A DNA stretch of 63,863 nt, the filler included, from Octopus bimaculoides (Eukaryota): the NCBI RefSeq assembly GCF_001194135.2. It is 10 parts of 9 records of this genome, joined end to end, with 100 filler letters (N's around TTAATTAATTAA, not from the genome) between each part and the next. Parts side by side here need not be neighbours in the genome. Positions count along the whole stretch, not along the records: positions 38,262 to 50,650 come from NC_068985.1; positions 50,751 to 56,509 come from NC_068996.1; 8 more parts are not named here. One strand, written 5' to 3'. Both the position numbers and the translations under genes were made by a program. Position 1 is the first letter of the stretch. The number at the start of each line of letters is the position of its first letter. The notes under the pieces were generated by a model. It did not search any database. It was not told the origin of the DNA and saw only the letters and a program-made list of their open reading frames with translations. Positions 39,770 through 52,321 of the stretch are shown in pieces.

Positions 39770-41200
39770 CGGATTTTTCACTTCGACTCCATAAAATTGA
39801 TGTGTCCATCAGTGTTTATCGTTGTGTACGTCCTGACTATACAAGACAGAAAGGACGAATTCTATGACCAAATCTCAAGGACCCCATTTCAGGGACAACT
39901 CTTGCTGTTTGGCATCTTCAACGCCTGAGTAGGTTCTGATCATAAATCTTATCCAAGGGACAGCATGGGATTGGTAGTATAATTGACATATTTGAGTTCT
40001 GCATACTCTGTGGACTGTGTATGATCAATACTTCCAAAATAAACCCAGCACAAACTGCCTTGGTGACATCCCTGCTCAAAACACCAGTACTAACTAGACC
40101 GATACTTATAAGATGCTACCATTTAAGGAATGTACTCATTTCTCGATCCTTTCAGAGGTCACACTGCGACACATATCACTCTTTCATTTGCTGCAAAATC
40201 AGACGGCAGCAAAATGACGCATTGATGTCACTGCGACACGACACCCAAACTAAGCAGAAGAGTTCATCAGGATGCGCTCACTGAAGACCCTAGATGGAAA
40301 CGTACAGAGATGTGATTCTCTCAACGACACCATCAACAGTACCACATAGAAGGCTTTTCATAAGGATTGGTTCAGGGAAGCTCCTTGTTGTCATCGGGAG
40401 AAAATCGCGCTGCGCTACTCGAATATTGCAACCATTAATGATAGCAAGAGGGAAGGCCCAGAAACCAGCCAAAATGCTTTCAAAATGACTGCTGGCTTCA
40501 GCTTTTCACAGTTATTCAGTAGTAATATCGAGCAAAACAAGCAACGTTAAAAGTCGTCATAGACGAGACCATCAAAAACAAAAGACGGCAGATGGAAAAA
40601 TGTGTAGAGCATTACTCTAAACCCTACTTACTCAGAAAGTATCACCACGGATAGTGTACTCGATACCGTATAATGTCTGTCAGTGATGGAGGAACTGCTA
40701 ACCTTTGAAAAACTGAGTAAAACCATTGATTGTTGTCCCATTGGCAAGGCACCGGATTGAATGGCGTTCCACTAAAGGCCATCAGATTTGTGAAGAACAT
40801 CCTGTTGCACCAAATGTACAAACTGCTGTGGTAGTGCTGTTAAGAAGGAGCAGTATCACATGACATACAAACTGCAATATTGTTGCCCTGTACATGAACA
40901 ACGGGAATAGACGGATTGTAAGAACTATAGAAGAATCTCTTAGCTGAGCATCATTAAGGAAGACTTCGTTCGTGTGGTCCTAAACAGATAGCAGATAATC
41001 ACTGAAAGGGTATACTCAAGTCTCAATGAGTTTTCATGTCAGGACGCGCCACCACTGGCATGATCTTCTACCTTCGATAACTACAAGAAAATGTAGAGTG
41101 CAAAAACAACTTCTCTACATCGCTTTCGTTGGTCTCACGAAAGCCCTCCAGCTTGTGAGCAGAGGCGGCCTATTTAAAATTCTTTTTCACTATTGATGGT
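39770..41200 (+). mobile_element. Degenerate RTE-BovB-like LINE (APE endonuclease end plus RT start)
   Basis: KDEFYDQI..QLLLFGIFNA*VG (APE motif), GKAPG.NG.P, CKNYRRISL.SI, LRQLQE, LYIAFVGLTKA. Confidence 0.8.
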
Positions 41201-41374
41201 GTATTCTTACTGTTGATGGAGACAGAATCCCATCTCATCTCTACGTTTCCATCGGTGGGAATGGGAGTGATAGATCTGCAGTGATGGTATCCTGATGAAT
41301 TCGTCTACATACATACATACATACATACATACATACATACATACATACATACACACATACATACATATACCAAT

Positions 41375-41990
41375 ATATAGAAAATGCGGAAAATGCACAA
41401 ATAATTTTCACATCAACTGCAACATAGATCGCCTCTACCTAAAACGAAAACATGGCGGCAGCGGCTTAACATCGATCCAAACTACCTATGAATGTCATAT
41501 ATCCATTCAGCAACGTCTTTTAACCACTAAGTGTCGAAGTACACCCCTTGGTCAAGTTACCATACACGAGGCAGATAACATCATGAAACTTGGAAGGCAG
41601 CTCCCTGAGCAGAATTCCTTGTCTGATAACCTTAATACGTGCCCAAAAGATGTCGCACAACGCTACCGCAACGTAGCACCAGATGAAAACATGAGTGTAT
41701 ATCAGCAAAGGACCACACACGGATATGATAGCACAAGCTCCTGGATAACAGTAACATTGATAATCAAAGGAGTCTATTATGGGTCAACTGAATTATTAAC
41801 TTCCACTTTGAAGGATATGCGTTTGCAATCCAGGAACCGGAAATAGCAGCCAAATGCCCGATGCACAAAGGGGACAGTGACGCAGGAACAATAAAATGTG
41901 ATAACCAATGCAGACTTTGTGGAGTTAACACCGAAGATATCACTCACATTATAAGCAGTTGTCCAAAAATGTCATCACGATATTTAACGA
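41375..41990 (+). mobile_element. R4/Dong-like non-LTR fragment (post-RT region plus CCHC zinc knuckle)
   Basis: NFHINCNIDRLYLKRKHGGSGLTSIQTTYE, and later CRLCGVNTEDITHIISSCPKMS. Confidence 0.8.
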
Positions 41991-42306
41991 CATGAGCAAT
42001 TTGAGTTTCAAATTAAAGAATCAAAATGAAATAGGTGCATAGAATACATATATGTACTTATTAACGAACATAATTACAGTTAAGAAGAAATTTATGGAAT
42101 GTGTGGGTTTTTTTTACTCGGTAGAGCTTTAGCAGTTTAGCTATTGAGAGAAGAGAAAGAATAAGTTCTTTGGGAATTCTACCTAGTGAAAATGTCTTAT
42201 CGAGGTCAATAATTTCAGTTTTAACTGCAAACAAAAGCCATTTTCAATACGAGTGTGTGCGTGTGTAAATGTACATATATATATATATATGTATGTATGT
42301 ATATAC

Positions 42307-42379
<73 letters not shown>

Positions 42380-42384
42380 CATAC

Positions 42385-42415
<31 letters not shown>

Positions 42416-42521
42416 CATACATATATANNNNNNNNNNNNNNNNNNNNNNNNNNNNNNNNNNNNNNNNNNNNNNNNNNNNNNNNNNNNNNNNNNNNNNNNN
42501 NNNNNNNNNACATATACATAT

Positions 42522-42571
<50 letters not shown>

Positions 42572-42699
42572 CTATCTTATATATGTATATGTATACGTAC
42601 ATGTATGTCATTATTCAGTTTATTTCAAGGTTTCTTGCCAATAGAGAAAGAACCGGTTTCTAACCTAGATCCAAGGTCCCTTCATTGGAAATTCAACAT

Positions 42700-42966
42700 C
42701 AACAATGGGGTATGTATGTATGTATGCATGTATGTATGTATGTATGTATGTATGTATGTATGTATGTATGCATGCATGCATGTATGTATGTATGTATGTA
42801 TGTATGTATGTATGTATGAACTTGTAATCTGGATAGAGTAACTGTAGATTTCTCAATAGTTTAGCATAAGTGTTCTCTTTTTCACTGATCTTCAGCCTTA
42901 TGTTGCTGGGCAGCTAATTTCCACAACTGTGCACAGTTTGTCTTCTCTATCCCAAATCATTATATC
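42700..42966 (-). mobile_element. RLE-domain fragment of the same family as 12800-13140, split by an (ATAC)n array
   Basis: Minus strand: DIMIWDREDKLCTVVEISCPA..NIRLKISEKENTYAKLLRNLQLLYPDYKF-[(ATAC)n 42710-42818]-IPIV. Confidence 0.75.
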
Positions 42967-43599
42967 ATGTATGTATGTATGTATGTATGTATGTATGTAT
43001 GTATGTATATAAGATATAATTACTTCTATCCTCTTTGCTTTTTTACAAAGTTACAATATTCTATTATCGCAAATCCTGTAGCACTGCATCTTTCTATCAC
43101 TGGCACAATAGTTTAGAGAGGTGGTGTAACAAGAGGCTTTTTATGCCTTTCTTAGCCTTTGGCTGAATGCTATTCACAATATCAATGAGAAAGGAAGGGG
43201 TGAGAGATGAATAAAGAAGGAAGGGGTGATGGCAAACTTGGTAGTGGGATGATGGAAATTATACGGGGAAAAATAATCAAACAACGTTTCAACTCTGTGT
43301 CAATATGTGTGTGTGTGTGCGTGCGTGCGGGTGCAATGGAAGTGAGATGGTGAACATTCAACGGTGGAAAGAAAAATCAAACAGCGTTTCAGTTCAACTC
43401 TGTCTCTTGCCAGCTCCCGTATTTTAAATTTGCAAGTTAACAATGCCAAATATTTGAGGTTAGGTTACTTTATGGGTGGGGGAAGAAAGAGAATTAAATA
43501 TATTCCAATAAAATATTCATGACCAGGAATAAAAATTTGTTTTAAAATGTATCTTAGTTCAATTTTAATCAGAGTTGCTAAAGTGTAAAAATGTGTAAA

Positions 43600-44480
43600 T
43601 TTTATGTTTGCATGAAAAAAACCACGTCTAACAATTTGTTAAGTAGCGATAGATTGTGCGTTCTAAGAATGATGAGCGCTTCCATTGTACATAATTTACA
43701 CTTACCTAAGTTAGCGTTATATGAGTGGGGTTCGGATTCAATGGACCATTTTAGTGTATACTTTCTGTTTTCTGATTTGAGCTTGTGGAAATCCTTAGCA
43801 AGCATGGTAGCCATATTATATTTAGGATTATTAAAGGAATTGATATGAGTTCGATATCTACGCTTCAAATCAGTGATACTACCGATGTCTATTTTAGGTT
43901 GTGCATCTGGTGTGGATACCTGACATTTATAGATAACGTTATATCGCGCAAAATATCCCGCAAGGGGACAAGAATCATTTACGCGACGATTGCATATTTT
44001 TCTTCTTTTTTGGCTGTTTTGTTTAAAATTTAAATTTGGAGCCGGGGTATTAGTTTGTTGGGCGATAGTGTTATTTAAATTGTGAGTTTCAATTCCAGAA
44101 TGGGCAAACGTATTGGAGCCAAGATCCTTGTATTTATATGACGCATTAGATCTGGAGGTTTGTGCACTAATTTTTGATTTATTAATAGAAGATATTAGCT
44201 ATCTCAAATTAGGAGTTGTAGAGAAACAAATTTACACAGAAGATTTATTGAATATGGAATAGTGCTTATGGTGTATCAGAAAATTTGTTCTCAGAATTTT
44301 AAAGAAAAGTTTCGATAACGATTTTACTTGAAGGGAAAAGGGAGGGGCGCACCAAATGATTTCACGTTTTCTCGATTTAGATAGCTTGTTGAGCATTGTT
44401 ATATTTTTATTTGGAGTGTCATATGAATTTAATGTAAATTTTCGATATGACCAGTGTTGTCTTGTGCGAAATTTTAAATT
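43600..44480 (-). mobile_element. Decayed Penelope-like element (RT thumb/linker plus GIY-YIG)
   Basis: REIIWCAPPFS..HHKHYSIFNK..CNRRVNDSCPLAGY..NVIYKCQ..KRRYRTHINSFNNPKY..LKWSI..CKLCTMEALII..LLNK. Confidence 0.8.
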
Positions 44481-44978
44481 TAAATTTAAAAGAGAGTTTT
44501 GACGCTGATATCCATTATTATTGAAATTTATTTCTATGTCAACATTTCTGTATAAGGCTATATTTAACTGTCAAATTCAAGTCAAACATACAAATTGCCT
44601 TACACATCTTCAAGGAAAAAAGGTTAAGAACAAAAGGTAAACACCAAAACATCGTCTCTAAGTCCAGTTCATATTCAAATTTCTCCTTAAATAACTCGTT
44701 AAATAAATTCCTCCTGAAATTTAAATTTAAATTTAAAATTTTGGATATATAACCAAGGAGAACGATCCTTAAGGAGTCTACTTTAGACTTTTTGCGGAGA
44801 AATCTCTTGCTATATTGGTAACGATTACATGTTTTTCTCATCATCAACACATTGTGGAGATATCATCATATGAACATGTATATGTGTATATATATATGCA
44901 TGTATATATATGTATATATATATGTATTGATGTACAAGTATGTATATATATATATGTATATATAGGTATTTATATATA

Positions 44979-45009
<31 letters not shown>

Positions 45010-45010
45010 T

Positions 45011-45268
45011 GAAAAAAAAGTCGTCAGAATTTTGGAATAACTTCTTTCATTTGTTTTATACATATATTAGTGCATTCGTTCGTCTTTCGAACTTGTCAAA
45101 TATAACTGGGAAAATACAGAGATCTAGCTTATTTATATAAAAACAAGTGTTTTTTTTGGCGGGGGGGGTTGTTTATAACAGAACATTGTTTTATTTTTTT
45201 GTTTTTTTGGGGTGAGGCTTTGGAGACAATGGAAGATGTATAAGCAGATAGATAGATAGATAGATAGA

Positions 45269-45334
<66 letters not shown>

Positions 45335-45460
45335 GATAGATAGATAGATAGATAGATAGGCAGATAGAGAGATAGATAGACTGATAGTCAGACAGATAGA
45401 GAGATGGATGTGGTAAAAGAGAGAGAGAAGGGCCATTGTATTGAAATGGTCTTTTTAAGG
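45011..45460 (-). repeat. Diverged inverted copy of the PLE 3' region (47525-47943), pseudo-LTR-like
   Basis: AAAAAAGTCGTCAGAATTTTGG vs CCAAAATTCTGACGACTTTTTT; CCATTGTATTGAAATGG (45433-45449) vs CCATTTCAATACAATGG (47605-47621); collinear similarity between. Confidence 0.65.
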
Positions 45461-45704
45461 AGTGTAAAAAAAAAAAAGGTTAAAAGCTTGTTTACTACTT
45501 ACTGTATTGTTTTGAGACAGTTTTTAGGGATGGTAGAAGAAGGAAGAAAAGAAGAAAGGAAGAAGAAAGAAAAAATAGAGAATAATGAATAGAAAATATA
45601 AAGAAAACAAAAAATATATCTATATGTATATATACTTCGTTGGAATTTGGTTTGCAAGATTCTTTATGTGAATTCGTGTATTGAAGCATATTTTGTTGAG
45701 TCTG

Positions 45705-45866
45705 AGGAGAGTCATTCTCTTTTAGTGCCTTACTGTTTAACACACTCATCATTAAGGTTTCCACTCATTTACTTATTTATTTTTCTAAAAATAAATAAAT
45801 AAATAAGTGGAAACTTTACCGGTGAATGTGTTAAATAATAAGGCACTAAAAGAGAATGACTCTCCT
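45705..45866. repeat. Imperfect foldback with about 78-bp arms immediately 5' of the PLE
   Basis: GGAGAGTCATTCTCTTTAGTGCCTTA..GGTTTCCACT.. vs ..AGTGGAAACTT..TAAGGCACTAAAAGAGAATGACTCTCC. Confidence 0.85.
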
Positions 45867-45914
45867 TAGGCATATATATATAGTGTTAGGTATGATGTAC
45901 AGAAATTGAAAATT

Positions 45915-47943
45915 GAGAAAAAAAAGTCGTCAGAAGGAGCTATACACGCAGAAGGTAGTATCACAAGTTCTTATGTCATCAATCTCTATACAAATATACC
46001 TCACACTTTAGGCTTGGAAGCAATCAAACACTGGGTAGAGAAACATAGAGGAAGGATAAATGAACGCTTCAAGACTGACTTCATCACCAAGGCCACACGC
46101 CTAGTACTAGAAGAAAATACCTTTAGATTCGACAATAAAACAAATCGATAGAGGCGGTTTGCGCCCTCATATGCAAACTTAGTTATGGAATACTTGGAAG
46201 AAAAATTTATGAGGAAGTAGAGAAACTTTTTGATCGGGAGTACAAGAAATATATCATTAAAAGGGGGAACCGCTTCCTTGATGGCTTCAATTTTTGGGAC
46301 AGATCGAATGAAGATCTAAATATATTTAACAATATACTGAACACACTTCACCCATCCATCAAATTCACGACAGAATCCAGTTGCAATGAACTACCATTCC
46401 TGGATATCCACAAAAATACGGAACTCCACAGTCACAACTGACATATTTTACAAAAAAAAAAAACTGATACACCGATATTTAAATTTCTACTCTTGCCATC
46501 CATCACACATCAAAAGAAACATGCCATACAGCATGGTAAGACGCACCTGTGCTACAGTGACTGATCCCAAAATACGTGAAATCCGACTCAACGAAATCAA
46601 AGGCTTCCTCACAATGCAGAAATACCCCTTAGGATTAATTAATGTGGGAATTAAAAAGGCGATGAAATTGAACATCACCCAACTACAAACACCTAAGGAA
46701 AAAGTTAATGAAAACACGATTCCGTTCTTTAACATACACAGTCCAGGAATAACCAACATCTTTCACGCCATAAAATCGAACTTACCTATACTTCTACAAA
46801 GCCCCAAAATGAAAAATCTGATTGAAAAAAAAAAACTCTTTACAGAATAGCAGACACCAACAAGGGCAGAATTCAAATCAGAGAATGAATCAGAATTCTT
46901 TGTAAAAGAATGTGGAGATAGGAGATGGGGAATATGCAACAATATCAACAACTTCAAATACTTGGAAAGTCGTTCCCACATAAAATTCAAGAGCGGATTC
47001 TGGTTCAAAATAAATGTAAATATGAACTGCAAAACGCAGAACCTCATATACTGCATTACCTGCCCAAACTGCAAAGAAAATTACATTGGCGAAACAAATA
47101 ATTTCCTCTGCCAACGTGCAAGGATGCACGGGCAACATAAACGACAAGAGGAATTATGCAAGATTCCATTAAGTAAGCATCTAGAAATATGCAGCGACGG
47201 AAAATTCAAATTTTTCCTTCTTACAAATGTGCACGGGACGATCCGCAGTACCGAAAAGCAGTGGAGCTACATTTCATCAAAAAATTCTCTCCAAAATTGA
47301 ATGTTTGAAAGAAAAGCGAAGACAGTACATTTTAACTACATTTCATTAAAAAATTTCCTCCAAAATTGAATGTTTGAAAGGGAAGACAGTACATTTTGCA
47401 TTCTAAACATGACTAAACGAGGAGAAAAAGAAAGAAAGAGGGAAAAAGAAGGAAAGGGGAAGAGAGAAAGAAAACCAAATGACTTTCAGTGATGACCAAA
47501 CCGCACCTGTTTTGTTTTTCTTTGAAGAGGTCACCCTTCTTAAACCCATTTCAATACAATGGGAAAGGACTAANNNNNNNNNNAAGAGGTCACCCTTCTT
47601 AAACCCATTTCAATACAATGGGAAAGGACTAAATAAATAAATAAATGGTGAATAGGAAGGAAGATACCCTTCTTTCTCTCCCCCCCCTCTACCTGTCTGT
47701 CTGTCTGTCTATCTATATTTCTATCTATCCATCTCTATTGTCATGGAACCTTACTAAAAAAAACCCAGAAACAATGTTCTCTTCTAAACAAACCCACCTC
47801 CAAAACATCTGTTTTATATAAACGAACAAGCTTTTTGTACATTCATAAAATTTAATTCGATAAGTTCAAGGAAAGAACGAAAGCACTAATAATAATGAAG
47901 AAATAAAAAGATTTTTTCCCAAAATTCTGACGACTTTTTTCTC
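45915..47943 (+). mobile_element. 5'-truncated Penelope-like element (RT plus GIY-YIG, frameshifted) with 3' pseudo-LTR
   Basis: VINLYTNIPH, FAPSYANL, LHPSIKFT..ELPFLDI, HRYLNFYSCHPSHIKRNMPYS, NCKTQNLIYCITCPNCKENYIGET..R..H. Confidence 0.9.
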
Positions 47944-49904
47944 AGTATATATATATGTATATATATTTATCCGGATGGATTTATCTTCGTCCTTTAATAG
48001 GAATTTTTTTCTATACATTTGTAATGTTTTTTCCTCATACGTTATTTACGAATTAAAAAAAAAACGTATAGGTACGAAAGTATGTAAAGAAATAATCAAT
48101 ATCAGGCTTAATTTATTAAATAAAGTTTAATAAATTTCATCAAATAAATGAAAGGAAGCAGACTGAATGTTAAAATGGATTATCCTTTTATTCCTTAATC
48201 CTATACAATTAGCTGGTTAAATATTTAATATTTAATTCCTGGCTTCCTTGCTATTAAATGCAATATATATCTATCAAAAAAACTACCTATAAAACATACT
48301 GGTCAAGATGTATACCAAATAAGGAGCTATATGTTATTTGAAATTCATATTTAAAAATTTGTTAAACGTCATCTGTCATTTCTACTATGTTTTAAACTAA
48401 ATAGGAAGTTAGTACAAGCATGTGAGATTGATTAATAGTTTATATAGTTTTTTTTATTTAAGTATTACATAAGAGTCAATAATCAATAGACAATATAGTT
48501 ATATGTCGCATTCATTATCTAAAAACGGCTAGTTAGATTTTAAAAAAATGAACCTTACGAAATACGTATAAACTCGATTAAAGATGTATTAAAAGGGAAC
48601 CACTTCCGTGATTGTCATAAAATATAATAGTGTGGAATTGAGCTATATTACTTATTGAAGAAAAGTTTTTAAAAAATGATTATTTATATATATAATTTAT
48701 GGCGAAAATATTATGTTTTTTCTAAGGAGGAAATCTAAAAAACTTATGGTATATATTTGTAATCAATGCAGGAGAGACAATATTTGAAAAACCTTAAATA
48801 CTTGCTACATTTTTCTTTTAAATAGATTCATACCGATGTGCATACATAAAAAAAGTAGTATGATAAAAATTACTCTCGAAAGACAATATGTCTATTTCAA
48901 GTACTAATAATGTACTCCAGATATATACGCATATATATATATATATATATATATATANNNNNNNNNNNNNNNNNNNNNNNNNNNNNNNNNNNNNNNNNNN
49001 NNNNNNNNNNNNNNNNNNNNNNNNNNNNNNNNNNNNNNNNNNNNNNNNNNNNNNNNNNNNNNNNNNNNNNNNNNNNNNNNNNNNNNNNNNNNNNNNNNNN
49101 NNNNNNNNNNNNNNNNNNNNNNNNNNNNNNNNNNNNNNNNNNNNNNNNNNNNNNNNNNNNNNNNNNNNNNNNNNNNNNNNNNNNNNNNNNNNNNNNNNNN
49201 NNNNNNNNNNNNNNNNNNNNNNNNNNNNNNNNNNNNNNNNNNNNNNNNNNNNNNNNNNNNNNNNNNNNNNNNNNNNNNNNNNNNNNNNNNNNNNNNNNNN
49301 NNNNNNNNNNNNNNNNNNNNNNNNNNNNNNNNNNNNNNNNNNNNNNNNNNNNNNNNNNNNNNNNNNNNNNNNNNNNNNNNNNNNNNNNNNNNNNNNNNNN
49401 NNNNNNNNNNNNNNNNNNNNNNNNNNATATATATATATATATATATATATATAACAAATGATATATAAGCATATGTATGTATACCTACATCTACACGTAT
49501 ATATAGATGCATATTCGGGTACAGGACGTTAGAAAAATGAACGGGAGCATAAAAACAAAACGGACTTTGTTTACACACAACAGAACGAACACATAGGAAA
49601 ACAAACAAGCCACTTGGAATTATTGCTTCATCAGCTGCCTCTATTCGACACATACACACACGTACATAAGTTATGTAGATGTGTGTGTATATGTATGTAT
49701 GTATATGTCATATACATAAAATGAAAGAGGAATTTGTTTACATAAAACGGATTACATTTCGGTGTGAGAAAAATACACCCGCTTCAATTTTTCTAATTAC
49801 TTTCTTTACAACCAAATGTTTGCGACGACTACATGACATTCATCGCACACCTCAACATGCAGTTACTACAATCTCGGAGCTTTTATATGAGAATGTTAAT
49901 CATA

Positions 49905-50030
49905 TACACACATGCAGGTTGACAAACTTCTGTGTCGTCATCAGTCAGTTATATTTGGCTGTTACAGCGCATCAGACTCGCCATCACCCGCGGCAACGCT
50001 GCAAGCGTGCTGGCGTGCCTTCATAGCCAC
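49905..50030 (+). mobile_element. CRE-clade-like non-LTR 3' fragment
   Basis: LQRIRLAITRGNAASVLACL resembles the QRxSxAxQRGNAxxxxG terminal motif of CRE-type RLE elements. Confidence 0.6.
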
Positions 50031-50211
50031 TAGAGAGGTTTCCGAACGCCTTCAACTTTTCAACCCAAGGTGGTGAATAGTATTTTTCTTTTTTTTTTCT
50101 TTCTTTCTCTCTCATTTTTTTCTTAATTTTTTCAATTGTGTTCTCTGTTTTGTCCATTTTACTAATTTTATTTTGTAAAACGGTAAACACTCTGATAAAT
50201 GTTTTAAATCA

Positions 50212-50259
<48 letters not shown>

Positions 50260-50588
50260 CACATAAATAAGCATATATTCATAGGCATGCATATGCACAT
50301 ACATTAAAATAGTAAAAAAACCCGCATACATACATATTTCCATACATATACACATACGTATACATATATTCATACATGCACATCCAAATACATATAAATA
50401 AATATACAAGTTAAATATATACTCATACTGGTACATATATCTAAAATATTCTATAATGTAATTAAAATAAATTCCATAAAATTTACAAGAGGATATTAAT
50501 ATTCCTACCTATGGATTTACCGAGAAAAAAATTAATTTGAAAAAACAATAATAGAGAAACTTATATTCTAAAGTATACTTATGCACAC

Positions 50589-50650
<62 letters not shown>

Positions 50651-51207
50651 NNNNNNNNNNNNNNNNNNNNNNNNNNNNNNNNNNNNNNNNNNNNTTAATT
50701 AATTAANNNNNNNNNNNNNNNNNNNNNNNNNNNNNNNNNNNNNNNNNNNNATATATTCCTTAAACTGAACTGATCGAATGTAGGTCAGATTCCTTGTGTG
50801 GGTGTCAAGAACAGGGAAGCGGAAGCTAGCTTTCGTAAAATAACAAACAATTCCACCCACAGAGAATATAGATAAAAGTAGATTATTTCAAGACTGTAGC
50901 TACAGAATCGGATTATCTGTGTGAATTATGGTGTTTATTCATATATATACATTATAGAAATGCCTTAGCTATAAGTGTACGGGGGTTCAATTCTAACCAG
51001 TTCCTTTTATTTCTTACGCAAAGAAAAAGACGCCTTTTATGTAAGTATTCATTAATAAGGACTTGTGAAGGAAAAATTCTCTAAGTGGTCGCTCACCTAC
51101 TAGAAATAACAGCTAAAGTTCCATCAAATCATTCATTGCTATTTTCAAAAGAAGGAATTATTGGATAGCATAGTTCCAGAATTAAACACCTGTGTAGTTA
51201 TTAGCAG

Positions 51208-51406
51208 ACATAGACAAACTCTCGACTTTCGTACGCTTGAGACAGCGGAACAAGTGTGGTTTGAGGCAGCGAAAAAGAGAGAGCTGCACGAGAACCAGGA
51301 TGCTTCTGATTTACAACTGAGTAAACAGGAGCAACTTAAAATGAAACATCTTACACAAGAACACAACGCACCACCCGCTTCAGGTATCAAACCTACGAAA
51401 TCATGA
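51208..51406 (+). CDS. Possible coding exon of unknown product
   Basis: Unique, GC-richer, charged open frame HRQTLDFRTLETAEQVWFEAAKKRELHENQDASDLQLSKQEQLKMKHLTQEHNAPPASGIKPTKS*; NAGNAG acceptor TAGCAG at 51202-51207 and possible donor CAG|GTATCA at 51384. No homology recognised. Confidence 0.3.
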
Positions 51407-51563
51407 AATCGTGAAACAGGCATCCTAATCACCAGCCTAAGTACAATCGCAAAAATATATGAAACGGTTACATGAAACTCTGAGTAACAGCTTGTGGGGT
51501 TTTTTTTTTTGTGGAGTGGCTTCAATAAATATATATGTTATATACGAAAATTTTCATTATTAA

Positions 51564-51612
51564 TCACAGCAATTGTTTTGGCACATCTAGCATCGATCCC
51601 TCATCAGTGGGA
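51564..51612 (-). ncRNA. Degenerate hammerhead-like motif (G12A, U16.1 lost)
   Basis: Reverse complement: TCCCA-CTGATGA-GGGATC..GATGTGCC-AAAA-C-AATT-G-C-TGTGA. Confidence 0.3.
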
Positions 51613-52321
51613 CACTTAACAACTAGTTCAGGAGCATCCGGCGGTGCAGATGTATCTCTTCGGGTGATAAATAGACACAACTCATTAAAATAACAGTTCT
51701 GAAATGTATTTTCTCATTTCGTAGAAAGAAAAACAGCAAGACGAAGGAAATATCTTCATTTATATAGAAGATTAAAAATAAAATCACAGATGCAAAAAAG
51801 AAACAAACACTCAATACAGAGAGAAGAGTATTGAAAATAACCGTTAACAGATATGGATGTATAAACGCCCTCGCGCAAGCTGCATGGCGAGTGTACATTT
51901 GCTCATACATGTATCCACGAAAACGTAAGCATACGCACACGTGTGGTTTGATGCACTCACGATCACAAAGCGAGTTAAATAGATGCTTGGTGTATATGTA
52001 TGTATATCAGCTAATAAGTTACATATATTACATATAATAGATCATACCTTGATACTGTGCCGGCTGAGAGCCCAGATGACAGGCTGCTGATATTAGATAT
52101 GAAGTGTTAACGCATATGGCAATTAGCAGCTCCAACACTCTGAAGCTCCTGGATTTGTTGAATATATAAACGGATTGGTTACTTATTTCTCTGAGACTAG
52201 TCAAATCTTTGTAGACATCTTTGATGAGAACACAAAGATGTTCGAAAATATATTAAGACTTTTAATCATTATTCCAATCTACGGAAAATTAGTTGATTTT
52301 ACGTTGTTTGTGTATCAACTT

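Noticed and set aside
47524-47632. 49-bp direct repeat either side of a 10-N gap
   Set aside because: Typical unmerged contig overlap.
47520-47640. Possible hammerhead in the PLE 3' region (TTGAAGA-GGTC..GACT-AAAT)
   Set aside because: Both core segments are defective and stems I and III are not identifiable.
51085-51180. Extension of the candidate exon to 51152
   Set aside because: That stretch resembles a dispersed repeat also seen near 3850-3930, so it is probably not coding.
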